Shown piece by piece: positions 14,621 to 30,781 of a stretch of DNA of 64,000 nucleotides (position 1 is its first letter; every line of letters starts with the position of its first letter). The translations under genes and the position numbers were made by a program. Source of the DNA: the human T2T-CHM13v2.0 reference genome, Homo sapiens; assembly GCF_009914755.1 (NCBI RefSeq), contig NC_060926.1; one strand, given 5' to 3'. Below the pieces are notes generated by a model, which worked only from the letters and a program-made list of their open reading frames with translations, ran no database searches and was not told the origin of the DNA.

Positions 14621-17530
14621 CTGTGGTTGCCAGGGCTGTCAGTCCATTCTGCTCCTTGAAGCAAATCTGAGTGATGTCTTTTCTTAGACAGCAGAAACCT
14701 GAAGAACCATTTCCTACCACTTACTGACATTTACGTAATTTAAAATTTAGCTTAGTGTGCATTTCCACTGAATACACATCACCTCCCACTTGCCTTCCCT
14801 TTCTCAGTATCCGTAGAGCATGCAAAACTTTAGTCTGTCCCCCAGGATCACAGTGTACAAAAAATGTCTGTTTCCTTTCATCTTTGATGTGAGCACCTGG
14901 AAGGCAGGGATTTTTTTTTCTTTTTTAATCTTTGAGTTATTTCTGCCTGCCACAGTTATAAGGATATAGTTATTGCTGAGCAAGAGTTTGCTGAGTGAAT
15001 AACTGCATGCACAAGAGACCAAAGGAGGTCTAGTTAGGTTAGATGCTGAGAAATCTGTACAACACAGAGATGAAAATAAAGTGCCAAGGAAACTCTGAAA
15101 TTTCTCTGTGAATATGAAATATTTTCTACTTCCTGTGACTGTTAGGAGATTTAAGACTTCAAAGTGATTTAAGGGGTAGATGAACTCTCAAGGTCTCGTT
15201 CAGTCCCTGCTGTTATAAAAATCTAAGAGTCAATTATACAAAAAGAAAAACAGTTGTACTTTAAACTAAAAACAAGATGTACACTCTGATTACAAAGAAT
15301 AGCGACCCCAATAATAATACCATGAATAAGAAAGGTTAGCAGGTAAGTTACTATGGAGAGTAAGGCATGGATAAGATTATTTAGAAGGGTGAAATTCTGG
15401 GAGAAATATGAATATAGAAGGGCTTGACCTCTTTGCTACAAATCTAATCTCTGTGGCACTGTGGTTGTCAAGAATTTTGTCTTTACTAAAGAAGAAAATC
15501 ACAGTGAAAAAGAACAAGGCAATAAAGTAAATGTCAAACACTCTCAATTAGCTAGCCAGGGTTAAGACCTTCAGTCTTGAAATTCAAGTCAGATTTGCAG
15601 TGTTTGCATTCATTGTTTTACTGAGAAGTGGCAATGTGGTAAAAAGATTTTCTCATTGATTAAATCAAGATTAACTTAAAACATATTTTCATAACCTTGC
15701 ATTTTTATAAATAAGACATTTAGCAAAAATATCAGTAAAAGAGATACACTCTTCGAGGGTTATAAATTCCTCAAGTTGTTACACTTACCCCATCTGAAAA
15801 ATTGTCACATTTTAATGACTGCATTAAAACTTATATACATTTTATAGCAGTGATTTGTACTGCCAGTCTAAGTGCTTCTAACTGTAGCAAGATGATTCTT
15901 TAAAAGCTTATATTTTTATTTTCTGATTTCCAGCAAGGTTATAGTATGGCTCACAAATGCACTATTCGCTTTTAGGAGATGGATGTTAATGTCACTCATT
16001 CTTTCAAGCATAATGAAGACCATAATCAAAACTTTACACTAATCAACTTGTTTCAATCTAAATTAGAACATTTGTTTCAATCCAAATATTTTCATGATGG
16101 TTGTTTATGGCCAAAATTCAAAACGAAAAGAGAAACCAGGATTAAAGAACATGTAAGTGATCCTAAAAAATAATACTAAAATCTTCACTTTTATCTCATC
16201 TATCGGGATCTTTCAGGCCAAAGTTTATGAATGAATTTTGTAGTTACTTAAATAGTAACAAATAATATGTTTATATACTATTAAACATTCAAATAATAGT
16301 GAAACAAATAATGACTAATTAGCAGATGAAAAAGCCTATTCTTCTAAGTCCATATTCTTCCACCATCAACAAACACCACAGATCATTACTTAATCTTTGA
16401 AAAATGAACTTATGTAGTATATACAATGTATTGCATATGCTATAAAACACCATGTATTATATAAACTGTATATATGTCTCAATATCAAACTCTTCTATTC
16501 GTATGATCAGTACTCATTACAGCTGTATAAATTGTTTGTGTGTGTGTGTGTTCTACCCAGACAATTCTTTTTTGACTATGATTTCTTCAGGATAGGGATC
16601 AAGTATGTTCTGAAATGCATAGTTTCAAATATCTATACTGGACAAACACAGATGGTTAATTTGCTGGCTGATGATTTATTATATCTCTTTCTAAATGTCT
16701 TAAATGAAAGAAATTTTTCTATATCAGATGACTTTCTTATTTTATAATTATTTGTTACATCCCCATCTGATACTTAATGTGATCATTCCCTCCTCTGATC
16801 AAAGGAGTAACTTTTTTATTATTTCTACACCTTAATTTACTGTTATTAAAGTCTTACTTATTTCAAAATATAATTTATTAATTGTTAATTGAAATAATCT
16901 GCTATTCCAGTGGTCTTCGAAATTTATTTCTTGGATCTTTGCGTTGGCAGGGGTGTTCCACATAAATGGCTGTCTAGTTCTACATATAATTCTTCTAGAG
17001 TCTTGGTTCTCATCCCTGGCTGCATGTTAGAATAAATTGGGAGGATTATTATTTTTAATTGTGATGAGCTCTAATTCGTATGCTTCTAAAACTTCTTAGT
17101 TGATTCTGATATATAATCATTTTGGCACCTATCCTTCTAGAAAAGCTGTGCTTTCAGGTGTGTTTTATAGTGTGATTACTTATAAGATTTTGTTTGAATA
17201 AATCGTCCCACTGCAAAGATAGTTGAAAGTTATTCTTTATTGCTCTATTTGAAGTGTAGTTCCTTTGTCAATAACTTCTACAAACAAATATAATTTGGCA
17301 GAAAAATTGTATGGTGATACAACTATTTATTAGTTGTTTCCTGATATGTCTGCTCCCAAAACAGTATATTATTTTAATTATAGCACTACACGTGCAAAAA
17401 CTATTTTTAGTAATATTGAACTTTTATTAAAGCTCTTACTTTTGGTATACTACTTTCAAGGTCAATTACCTTTTTTAAAAATATGGGTGATTTTTAATGT
17501 TTGTTGGAAATTTTTCTTTAAAAGATTTAC

Positions 17531-17798
17531 AGCTATCTGCAGTGGCTGATGTCTGGAATCCCAGCACTTTGGGAGGCTGAGGCAGGAGGATGATTTGAGC
17601 CCAGGAGTTCAAGACCTAGTCTCTACAAAAAATAAAAAATTAGGCCAGTGTGACGGGGCACACCTGTAGTCCCAGCTACTCAGGAGGTGGAGGTGGGAGG
17701 ATCTCATGAGCCCAAGAGATTGAGGCTGTGGTGAGCCGTGACTGTGTCACTGTACTCCAGCCTGGGTGACAGAGAGAGATCCTGTCTCAAAAATAAAA
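17531..17798 (+). mobile_element. AluJ with a deletion of about 23 bp in the left arm
   Basis: dimeric Alu with J-type gagcccaggagttc and aggatc features; caagacc is joined almost directly to gtctctac. Confidence 0.9.
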
Positions 17799-19178
17799 TT
17801 TTTTTAAAAATTGCCGTTATAAAAATAATTTGATTACTTCTTATATGAATAAATCTGTACAAATTAGTATCAACTATCTTCATTGTATTCAGATTTATTT
17901 TCTGTATTTCACCATATTAATACCTTTCCATTTTGAAAGTTATTAACCCTACAAAAGTAAAGATTAAACTATGAGGTAAACATAAAATGTGAATTTAATT
18001 TCATGTAATATATTAATGATGGCTACAGTAGTTTGGAATGCTTGAAGAACTGTTCAAAGCAGCTCTAAAATCCCACAGTCACAGTTTTAATATATCTCCT
18101 TTTTTTCCTCCTAAAACACGTTAAGGAAGAATATCTTTACAAACTATACATTGTAATGTATGAAATTGTATGGGGAGCAATATTTTGGATTCCTAAGACA
18201 ACGTCTATACCTGTGAAACAACAGATATTTTTATGTAGAATGAGTAATTCAAAATCATAAAAAAGTAAAAAGCAGGAAAATTGAGAGTCATTTATGCAAT
18301 ACATGCTAAAGACACAATGATTTTCTAAATGTTGTTGGATATTATTTTAAGTATTAACACATTTAATTTTCTCAGAACATATCAATTGCATAATGTTATG
18401 TATTCATTTTTTTAATTTTATTATTATTATACTTTAAGTTTTAGGGTACATGTGCACAACGTGCAGGTTAGTTACCTATGTATACATGTGCCATGCTGCT
18501 GTGCTGCACCCATTAACTCGTCATTTAGCATTAGGTATATCTCCTAATGCTATCCCTCCCCCCTACCCCCACCCCACAACAGGCCCCAGAGTGTGATGTT
18601 CCCCTTCCTGTGTCCATGTGTTCTCATTGTTCAATTCCCACCTATGAGTGAGAACATGTGGTGTTCGGTTTTTTGTCCTTGCGGTAGTTTACTGAGAATG
18701 ATGCTTTCCAATTTCATCCATGTCCCTACAAAGGACATGAACTCATCCTTTTTTATGGCTGCATAGTATTCTATTCCATGGTGTATATGTGCCACATTTT
18801 CTTAATACAGTCCATCATTGTTGGACATTTGGGTTGGTTCCAAGTCTTTGCTATTGTGAATAGTGCCGCAATAAACATATGTGTGCATGTGTCTTTATAG
18901 CAGCATGATTTATAGTCCTTTGGGTATATACCCAGTAATGGGATGGCTGGGTCAAATGGTATTTCTAGTTCTAGATCCCTGAGGAATCGCCACACGGACT
19001 TCCACAATGGTTGAACTAGTTTACAGTCCCACCAACAGTGTAAAAGTATTCCTATTTCTCCACATCCCCTCCAGCACCTGTTGTTTCCTGACTTTTTAAT
19101 GATTGCCATTCTAACTGGTGTGAGATGGTATCTCATTGTGGTTTTCATTTGCATTTCTCTGATGGCCATTGACGGTTA

Positions 19179-22466
<3,288 letters not shown>

Positions 22467-22474
22467 TTAGCTGG

Positions 22475-23590
22475 TTATTTTGCTCATTAGTTGATGCAGT
22501 TTCTTCCTAGCCTAGATGGTCTTTACATTTTGGCATGTTTTTGCAGTGGCTGGTACCAGTTGTTCCTTTCCATGTTTACTGCTTCCTTCAGGAGCTCTTT
22601 TAGGGCAGGCCTGGTGGTGAGAAAATCTCTCAGCATTTGCTTGTCTGTAAAGTATTTTATTTCTCCTTCACATATGAAGCTTAGTTTGGGTGGATATTAA
22701 ATTCTGGGTTGAAAATTCTTTTCTTTAAGAATGTTGAATGTTGGCCCCCACTCTCTTCTGGGTTGAATATTCTTTTCTTTAAGAATGTTGAATGTTGGCC
22801 CCCACTCTTCTGACTTGTAGAGTTTCTGCCGAGATCCGCTGTTATTCTGACGGGCTTCCCTTTGTGGGTAACCCGACCTTCTCTCTGGCTGCCCTTAACA
22901 TTTTTTCCTTCATTTCAACTTTGGTGAATCTGACAATTATGTGTCTTGGTGTTGCTCTTCTTGAGGAGTATCTTTGTGGCGTTCTCTATATTTCCTGAAT
23001 GTGAATGTTGGCCTGCCTTTATAGATTGGGGAAGTTCTCCTGGATAATATCCTGCAGAGTGTTTTCCATCTTGGTTCCATTCTCTCCGTCACTCTCAGGT
23101 ACACCAATCAGACCTAGATTTGGTCTTTTCACATAGTCCTATATTTCTTGGAGGCTTTGTTCATTTCTTTTTATTCTTTTTTCTCTAAACTTCCCTCCTC
23201 GCTTCATTTCATTTATTTCACCTTCCATCACTGATACCCTTTCTTCCAGTTTATCACATCAGCTCCTGAGGCTTCTACATTCTTCACGTAGATCTCAAGC
23301 CTTGGCTTTCAGCTCCATCATCTCCTTTAAGGACTTCTCTGCATTGGCTATTCTAGTTATCCATTCGTCTAATTTTTTTTCAAAAAGTTTCTAACTTCTT
23401 TGCCATTGGTTTGAATTTCCTCCTGTAGCTCGGAGTAGTTTGATTGTCTGAAGCCTTCTTCTCTCAACTCATCAAAGTCATTCTCCATCCAGCTTTGTTC
23501 CATTGCTGGTGAGGAGCTGCATTCCTTTGGAGGAGGAGAGGTACTCTGCTTTTTAGAGTTTCCAGGTTTTCTGCTCTGTTTTTTCCCCAT
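22475..23590 (-). pseudogene. disrupted L1 ORF1
   Basis: MGKKQSRK... start at 23590, frameshift and stop by 23369, 54-bp internal duplication at 22702-22807. Confidence 0.9.
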
Positions 23591-24139
23591 CTTTGTGGTT
23601 TTATCTACTTTTGGTCTTTGATGATGGTGATGTACAGATGGGTTTTTGGTGTGGATGTCCTTTCTGTTTGATAGTTTTTCTTGTAACAGACAGGACCCTT
23701 AGCTGCAGGTCTGTTGGAGTTTGCTAGAGGTCCACTCCAGACCCTATAAACAGGTAAATCTTAAATAGAGAAGAAATAATTACTACTAAATAGGGAAAAG
23801 AATTCAAATTTCATTAGTACTCAAATAATTGCAAGTTAAAACTTCAGGATCTCTTTGGTGAAATAACACATTTGCCTAGCAAATATTTTAAAGAAAATAG
23901 TCATGTCAATAAATGTACAGTGAGAAGAGGCATCACACACTGCAGGAGGAAAACAAATGGATACAACTCCTCTGGAAGGCCATTTGATATTTGAAAAATG
24001 TTTTATTCTTCCTTACATTAACTCTACTTCTGTAAGCATATTTAACATTATGATCAAAAACTATTCCAAGTAATCTTATTTAAAATATTAAATTTTTCTT
24101 TCAAACTTACAAATATCTAACATAAGAAAATATTTACTC

Positions 24140-24285
24140 TAAGCCAGGCATTGTATTAAGCAGTTTATTTGCAAAATTTCTTTTATTTCTCACAATAATC
24201 ATATGACTATTAACCAAAATTTTGTGCAAAAAATTAAACCTCAAGATAGTATGTATGGTTATAATCACTAAAATGTTAGTGACAT
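24140..24285 (-). mobile_element. MIR fragment
   Basis: aagccaggcattgtattaagc...ctcacaataatcatatga. Confidence 0.5.
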
Positions 24286-25120
24286 GGCATGCCTACCCCT
24301 GATTCAGGCAGCTCAGGACATACTGAGAGACTCCATTTGTTGAGCAGAAACTAAGAGAAGAGAGCAAAAGTGTCTGCCTGGTAATCCAAGGAATTCTCTC
24401 AGATCTTACCCAAGGCCACCAAGGCAATATCTCTATGATTCTGTAAGAGTCACAGTGTTACTGGGCTTGGGTTGCCCCTTAATGCAGAAATGCAGTGACC
24501 AAAACTTAGATCAAAACACTCAATTCCATTTAAATATTTGGGAAGCCTTCCCAAGACAGGTACAAAGAAGTCCAGACCTCAAAGACTACAATAAATACCT
24601 AACTCTTCAATGTGTAGACACAGATGAACCTACAGAAGCATCAAGAACATCCAGGAAAACATGACATCACCAAATGAGCTAAATAAGGCACCAGTGACGA
24701 AATCAAGAATGACAGAGATATTTGACCTTTCAGACAAAGAATTCAAAGTAGCTGTTTTGAGGACCCGCAAGAAAATTCAAGGTAACACCGAGAAGGAATT
24801 CAGAATCCCATAAGATAAATTTTTAAAAGTGAAATAATTTTTGCAAGTCAAGCGGACATTCTGAAGCTGAAAAATTTAATTGACATACTGAAAAATACCT
24901 CAGAGTCTCTCAACAGCAGAATTGATCAAGCAGAAGAATTAGTGAGCTTAAAGATAGGCTCTTTGAAACTACACAGTCAGAGGAGATAAAAGAAAAAAAG
25001 AATGAAAAACAATGAAACACACCCACAAGAACTAGAAAATAGTCTCAAAAGGGCAAACCTATGACTTAATGGTCTTAAAGAGGAAGTAGAGAGAAAGACT
25101 GGAGTAGAAAGTTTGTTCAA

Positions 25121-28100
25121 GAACAACTTGACTTCCTCTCTTCCTATTTGAATATGCTTTATTTCTTTCTGTTGCCTGATTGCCCTGGCCAGAAATTCCA
25201 ATACTATGTTTAACAGGTGTGGTGAGAGAGGGCATCCTTGTCTTGTGCCAGTTTTCAAAGGAAATGCCAGCTTTTGTCCTTTCAGTATGATATTGGCTGT
25301 GAGTTTGTCATAAATAGCTCTTATTATATTCAGATACGTTCCCTCAATACCTAGCTTATTGAGAGTTTTTAGCATGAAGCAGTGTTAAATTTTATCGAAC
25401 GCCTTTTCTGCATCTATTGAGATAGAGCATGTGGTTTTTGCCATTGGTTCTGTTTATGTGATGGAATACGTTTATAGATTTTCATATGTTGAACCAGCCT
25501 TGCATCCCAGGGATGAAGCTGACTTGATAGTGGTGGATAAGCTTTTTGGTGTGCTGCTGGAATCAGTTTGCCAGTATTTTATTGAGAATTTTTGCATCGA
25601 CGTTCATCAGGTATATTGGCGTGAAATTTTCTTTTGTTGTTGTGTCTCTACCAGGTTTTGGTATCAGGATGATGCTGGCCTCATAAAATGAGTTAGGGAG
25701 GAGTCCCTCTTTTTCTATTGTTTGGAATAGTTTCAGAAGGAATGATACAGCTCCTCTTTGTACCTCTGGTAGAATTCGGCTGTGAATCTGTCTGGTCCTG
25801 GGCATTTTTTGGTTGGTAGGCTATTAATTACTGCCTCAATTTCAGGACTTGTTATTCATCAGTTCAGGGATTGGACTTCTTCCTGGTTTTCTTCCTAGTC
25901 TTGGGAGTGTGTATGTGTCCAGGAATTTATCTTTTTCTTATAGATTTTTCTAGTTTATTTGCATAGAGGTGTTTGTAGTATTCTCTGATGGTAGATTGTA
26001 TTTTGGTGGGATCAGTGGTGATCTCCGCTTTATCATTTTTTATTATGTCTATTTGATTCTTCCCTCTTTTATTCTTTATTAGTCTGGCTAGCAGTCTATC
26101 TATTTTGTTAATTTTTCAAAAAACAAGCTGCTGGATTCATTGATTTTTTTGAAGGATTTTTCATGTCTCTATCTCATTCAGTTCTGCTCTGATCTTGGTT
26201 ATTTCTTGTCTTCCACCAACTTTTGAATTTGTTTGCTCTTTCTTCTCTAGTACTTTTGATTGTGATGTTAGGGTATTGATTTTAGATCTTTCCCGCTTTC
26301 TCCTGTGGGCATTTAGTACTATAAATTTCTCTCTAAACACTGCTTTATCTGGGCCGTAGATATTCTGGTACACTGTGTCTTTGTTCTCATTGGGTTCAAA
26401 AAACTTATTTATTTCTGCCTTAATTTTGTTATGTACCCAGTAGTCATTCAGGAGCAGGTTGTTCAGTTTCCATGTAGTTGTGCAGTTTTGAGTGAGTTTC
26501 TTAATCCTGAGTTCTCATTTGATTGCACTGTGGTCTGAGAGACTGTTAGGATTTCCATTCTTTTGCATTTGCTGAGGAGTGTTTTACTTTGACTTATGTG
26601 ATCAATTTTAGAATAAGTGCGATGTGGTGCTGAGAAGAATATATATTCTGTTGATTTCGGGTAAAGAGTTCTGCAGATGTCTATTGGGTCCGCTTGGTGC
26701 GGAGCTGAGTTCAAGTCCTGAATACGGTGATCTGTCTAATATCGACAGTGGGGTGTTAAAGTCTCCCACTAATATTGTGTGGTAGTCTAAGTCTCTTCAT
26801 AGGTCTCTAAGAACTTGCTTTATGAATCTGGGTGTTCCTGTATTGGGTGCATATATATTTTGGAGTGTTAGCTCTTCTTATTGCATTGATCCCTTTACCA
26901 TTACATAACGGCCTTCTTTGTGTTTCTTGATCTTTGTTGGTTTCAAGTCTGTTTTATCAGAGATTAGGATTGCAAGCTTTGCTTTTTTTTTTTTTCTTTC
27001 CACTTGCTTGGTAAATCTTCTTCCATCCCTTTATTTTGAGATAATGTGTGTCTTTACATGTGAGATGGATCTCCTGAATACAGCACACCAATGGGTCTTG
27101 ACTCTATCCAATTTGCCAGTCTTTGACTTTTGATTGGGGCATTTAGCCCATTTACAGTTAAGGTTAACACTGTTATGTGTGAATTTGATTCTGTCATTAT
27201 GATGCTAGCTGGTTATTTTTCCCATTAGTTGATGCAGTTTCTTCATAGTGTTGATGGTCTTTACAATATGGCACATTTTTGCAGTGGTGGGATACCGGTT
27301 TTTCCTTTCCATATTTAGTGCTTCCTTCAGGAGCTCTTTTAAGGCAGGCCTAGTTGTGACAAAATCTCTTGGCATTTGCTTGTCTTTAAAGGATTTTATT
27401 TCTCCTTCACTTATGAAGCTTAGTTTCGCTGGATATGAAATTCTGGTTTGAAAATTCTTTTCTTTAAGAATGTTGAATTTGTCCCTGTTTGCAGATGACA
27501 ACTGTATATTTAGAAAACCCCATGGTCCCAGCACAAAAACTCCTTAAGCTGATAAGCATTTTCAGCAAAGTTTCAGGATGCAAAATCAATGTGCAGAAAT
27601 CACAAGCATTCCTTTACACCAATAACAGACAAACAGAGCCAAATCATGAGTGAACTCCCATTCACAATTGCTATAAAGATAATAAAATACCTAGGAGTAT
27701 AACTTAAAAGGGATGTGAAGGACCTCTTCCAGGAGAACTAGAAACCACTGCTCAATGAAATAAGAGAGGACACAAACAAATGGAAAAAAATTCCATGCTC
27801 ATAGATAGGAACAATCAATATCGTGAAAATGGCCATACTGCCCAAAGTAATTTATAGATTCAGTGCTACCCCCATCAAGCTGCCATTGACTTTTTCAACC
27901 AAGTTGGGAAAAACTACTTTAAATTTCATATGGAAACAAAAAAGAGCCCATATAGCCAAGACAATCCTAAGCAATAAGAACAAAGCTGGAAGCATCATGC
28001 TACCTGACTTCAAACTATACTACAAATCTACAGTAACCAAAACAGTATGGTACTGGTACCAAAACAGATATATAGACAAATGGAACAGAAGAAAGACCTC

Positions 28101-29411
28101 AGAAATGACACCACACATCTACAACCATCTGATCTTTGATAAACCTGACAAAAACAAGCAATGGGGAAGGGATTCCCTATTTAATAAATGGTGTTGGGAA
28201 AACTGGCTAGCCATATGCAGAAAACAGAAACTGGACCCCTTCCTTACACCTTACACAAAAATTAAGGTGGATTAAAGACTTAAACATAAGACCTAAAACC
28301 ATAAAAACCCTAGAAGAAAACCTAGGCAATACCATTCAGGACATAAGCGTGGGCAAAGACTTCATGACTAAAACACCAAAAGCAACTGCAGAAAAAGCCA
28401 AAATTGACATATTGGATGTAATTAAACTAAAGAGCTTCTGCACAGCAAAAGAACCTATCATCAGAGTGAACAGTCAACCTGCAGAATGGGAGAACATTTT
28501 TGCAATGTATCCATCTGACAAAGGGCTAATATCCAGAATCTACAAGGAACTTAAACAAATTTACAAGAAAAAAACAACCCCATCAAATTGTGGGCAAATG
28601 ATATGAATAGACACTTCTCAAATTAAGACATTTATGCAGCCAAAAATATATGAAAAAAAGCTCATCATCACTGATATTAGAGAAATGCAAATCAAAACCC
28701 CAATGAGATACCATCTTACATCAGTTAGAATGGCAATCATTAAAAAGTCAGGAAACAACAGATGCTGGAGAAGATGTGGAGAAACAGGAATGCTTTTACA
28801 CTGTGGGTTGGAATGCAAATTAGTTCAACCATTGTAGAAGACAGTGTGGCAACTCCTCAAGGATCTAGAACCAGTAATACCATTTGACCCAGCAATCCCA
28901 ATACTGGATATATACCCAAATGATTATAAATCATTCTACCATAAAGACACATGCACACATGTGTTTACTGCAGCACTATTTACTGTAGCAAAGACCTGGA
29001 ACCAACCCAAATGCCCATTAATGTTAGACTGGATAAAGAAATTGTGACACATATACACGATGGAATACTATCCTATAAAAAAGGATGAGTTCATTTTCTT
29101 GCAGGGACATGGATGAAGCTGGAAAGCATCATTCTCAGCAAACTAACACAGGAACAGAAAACCAAACACTGCATATTCTCACTCATAAGTGGGAGTTGAA
29201 CAATGAGAACACATAGACACATGGAGGGGGACATCACACACTGGGCCTGTCAGGGTTTGGGGGTTTAGGGGAAGGGTAGCATTAGGAGAAATACCTAATG
29301 TAGATGAGGGGTTAATGGGTGCAACAAACCACCATGGCACGTGTATACCTGTGAAATAAACATGCATGTTCTGCACGTGTATCCCAGAACTTAAAGTATA
29401 ATAATTTTTTT
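25121..29411 (+). mobile_element. L1PA7-like element with a twin-priming 5' inversion (25122-27478 minus, about 27478-29411 plus)
   Basis: the inverted part ends at ...GREEVKL and the forward part starts at ttgtccctgtttgcagatgac; L1PA7-type 3' UTR; TSD aaagtttgttcaa (25108-25120) / aaagtttattcaa (29413-29425). Confidence 0.93.
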
Positions 29412-30781
29412 AAAAGTTTATTCAATGCAATAAAAACAGAACTTTCCAAATCTGGAGAAATATATCAATATTCAAGTACAAGAAGGTTATAGAACAAGCA
29501 GATTTTACCCAAATAAGCCTACTCCATGGCATTTAATAATCAAACTTCCAAAGTCTAGTATGACAACAGGATCTTAAGTACAACAAGAGAAAACAAAACA
29601 AAACAAAACAAATAACATACAAAGGAGCTCCAATACATCTGGCAGCAGACTTCTCAGTGGAAACCTTACAGGCCAAGAGAGAATGGCATGACATATATAA
29701 GATAATGAAGGAAAAAATATCTTATAATAGTATGCCCTGGGAAAATATCATTCAAACATGAAAGAAAAATAGATTTTCTCAGACAAACAAAAGCTGAGGT
29801 ATTTCATCAATACTAGACCAGTCCTACAGGAAATGCTAAAGGAAATTCTTCAATCTGAAAGAAAAGGATGTTAATGGGCAAAAAGAAATTAGCTGAAGGT
29901 TGAAAACACACTGGTAATAGCAAGTACACAGACAAACACAGAATATTATAACAGTGTAATTGTGTTATATAAACTACTTATATCTTGAGTTGAAAGAATA
30001 CAAGAGGAAACTGTCAGAAATAATAACTACAACAATGTTTCAAGACATAAACAATATAATAAGGTATAAATAGAAACCATAAAAAGTTAAAAAGAATGGG
30101 GATGAAGTTAAAGTGTAGGGGAATTAATAGTTTTCTCTTGGCTTGTTTGTTCATTAGCTTGTTTTTGCAATCAGTGTTGTCATCAGTTTTTTAAAAATGG
30201 GTTATAAGATGTTATTTGCAAGCTGCATGGTAACATTAAATAAAAAAACTTACAACGGATACACAAAACAGTAAAAATCAAGATATTAAAACATACCACC
30301 AGAAAAAATTACCTTTTCAAAAAGGAAGACAGGAAAGAAGGGAACTACACAGAATAACAAAAGAAATCACAAAATGGCAGTAGTAAGTCCTTACTTATTA
30401 ATAATTACATGAATATAGATGGACTAAACACTCCAATCAAAAGATACAGAGTGGCTGAACAGAAAAAAAGAAAAAAAAAAAGACCCAGTGATTTGTTGCC
30501 TTCAAGAAACATACTTCACCTATAAAGATACACATAGACTGAAAATAAAGGGATGGAAAATGATATCCCATGCCAACAGAAACCAATAAAGAGCAGGAGC
30601 AGCTATACTTATACAAAATAGATTTCAAGACAAAAACTGTTAGAAGAGACAAACAAGGGCATTACATACTGATAAAGGAGTCAATTCAGCAAGAGTATAT
30701 AACAATTTTAAATATTTACGCACCCAATGCTGGATCACCCAGATAATATAGCAAATATTATTTGTGGTAAAGAGATTGACC

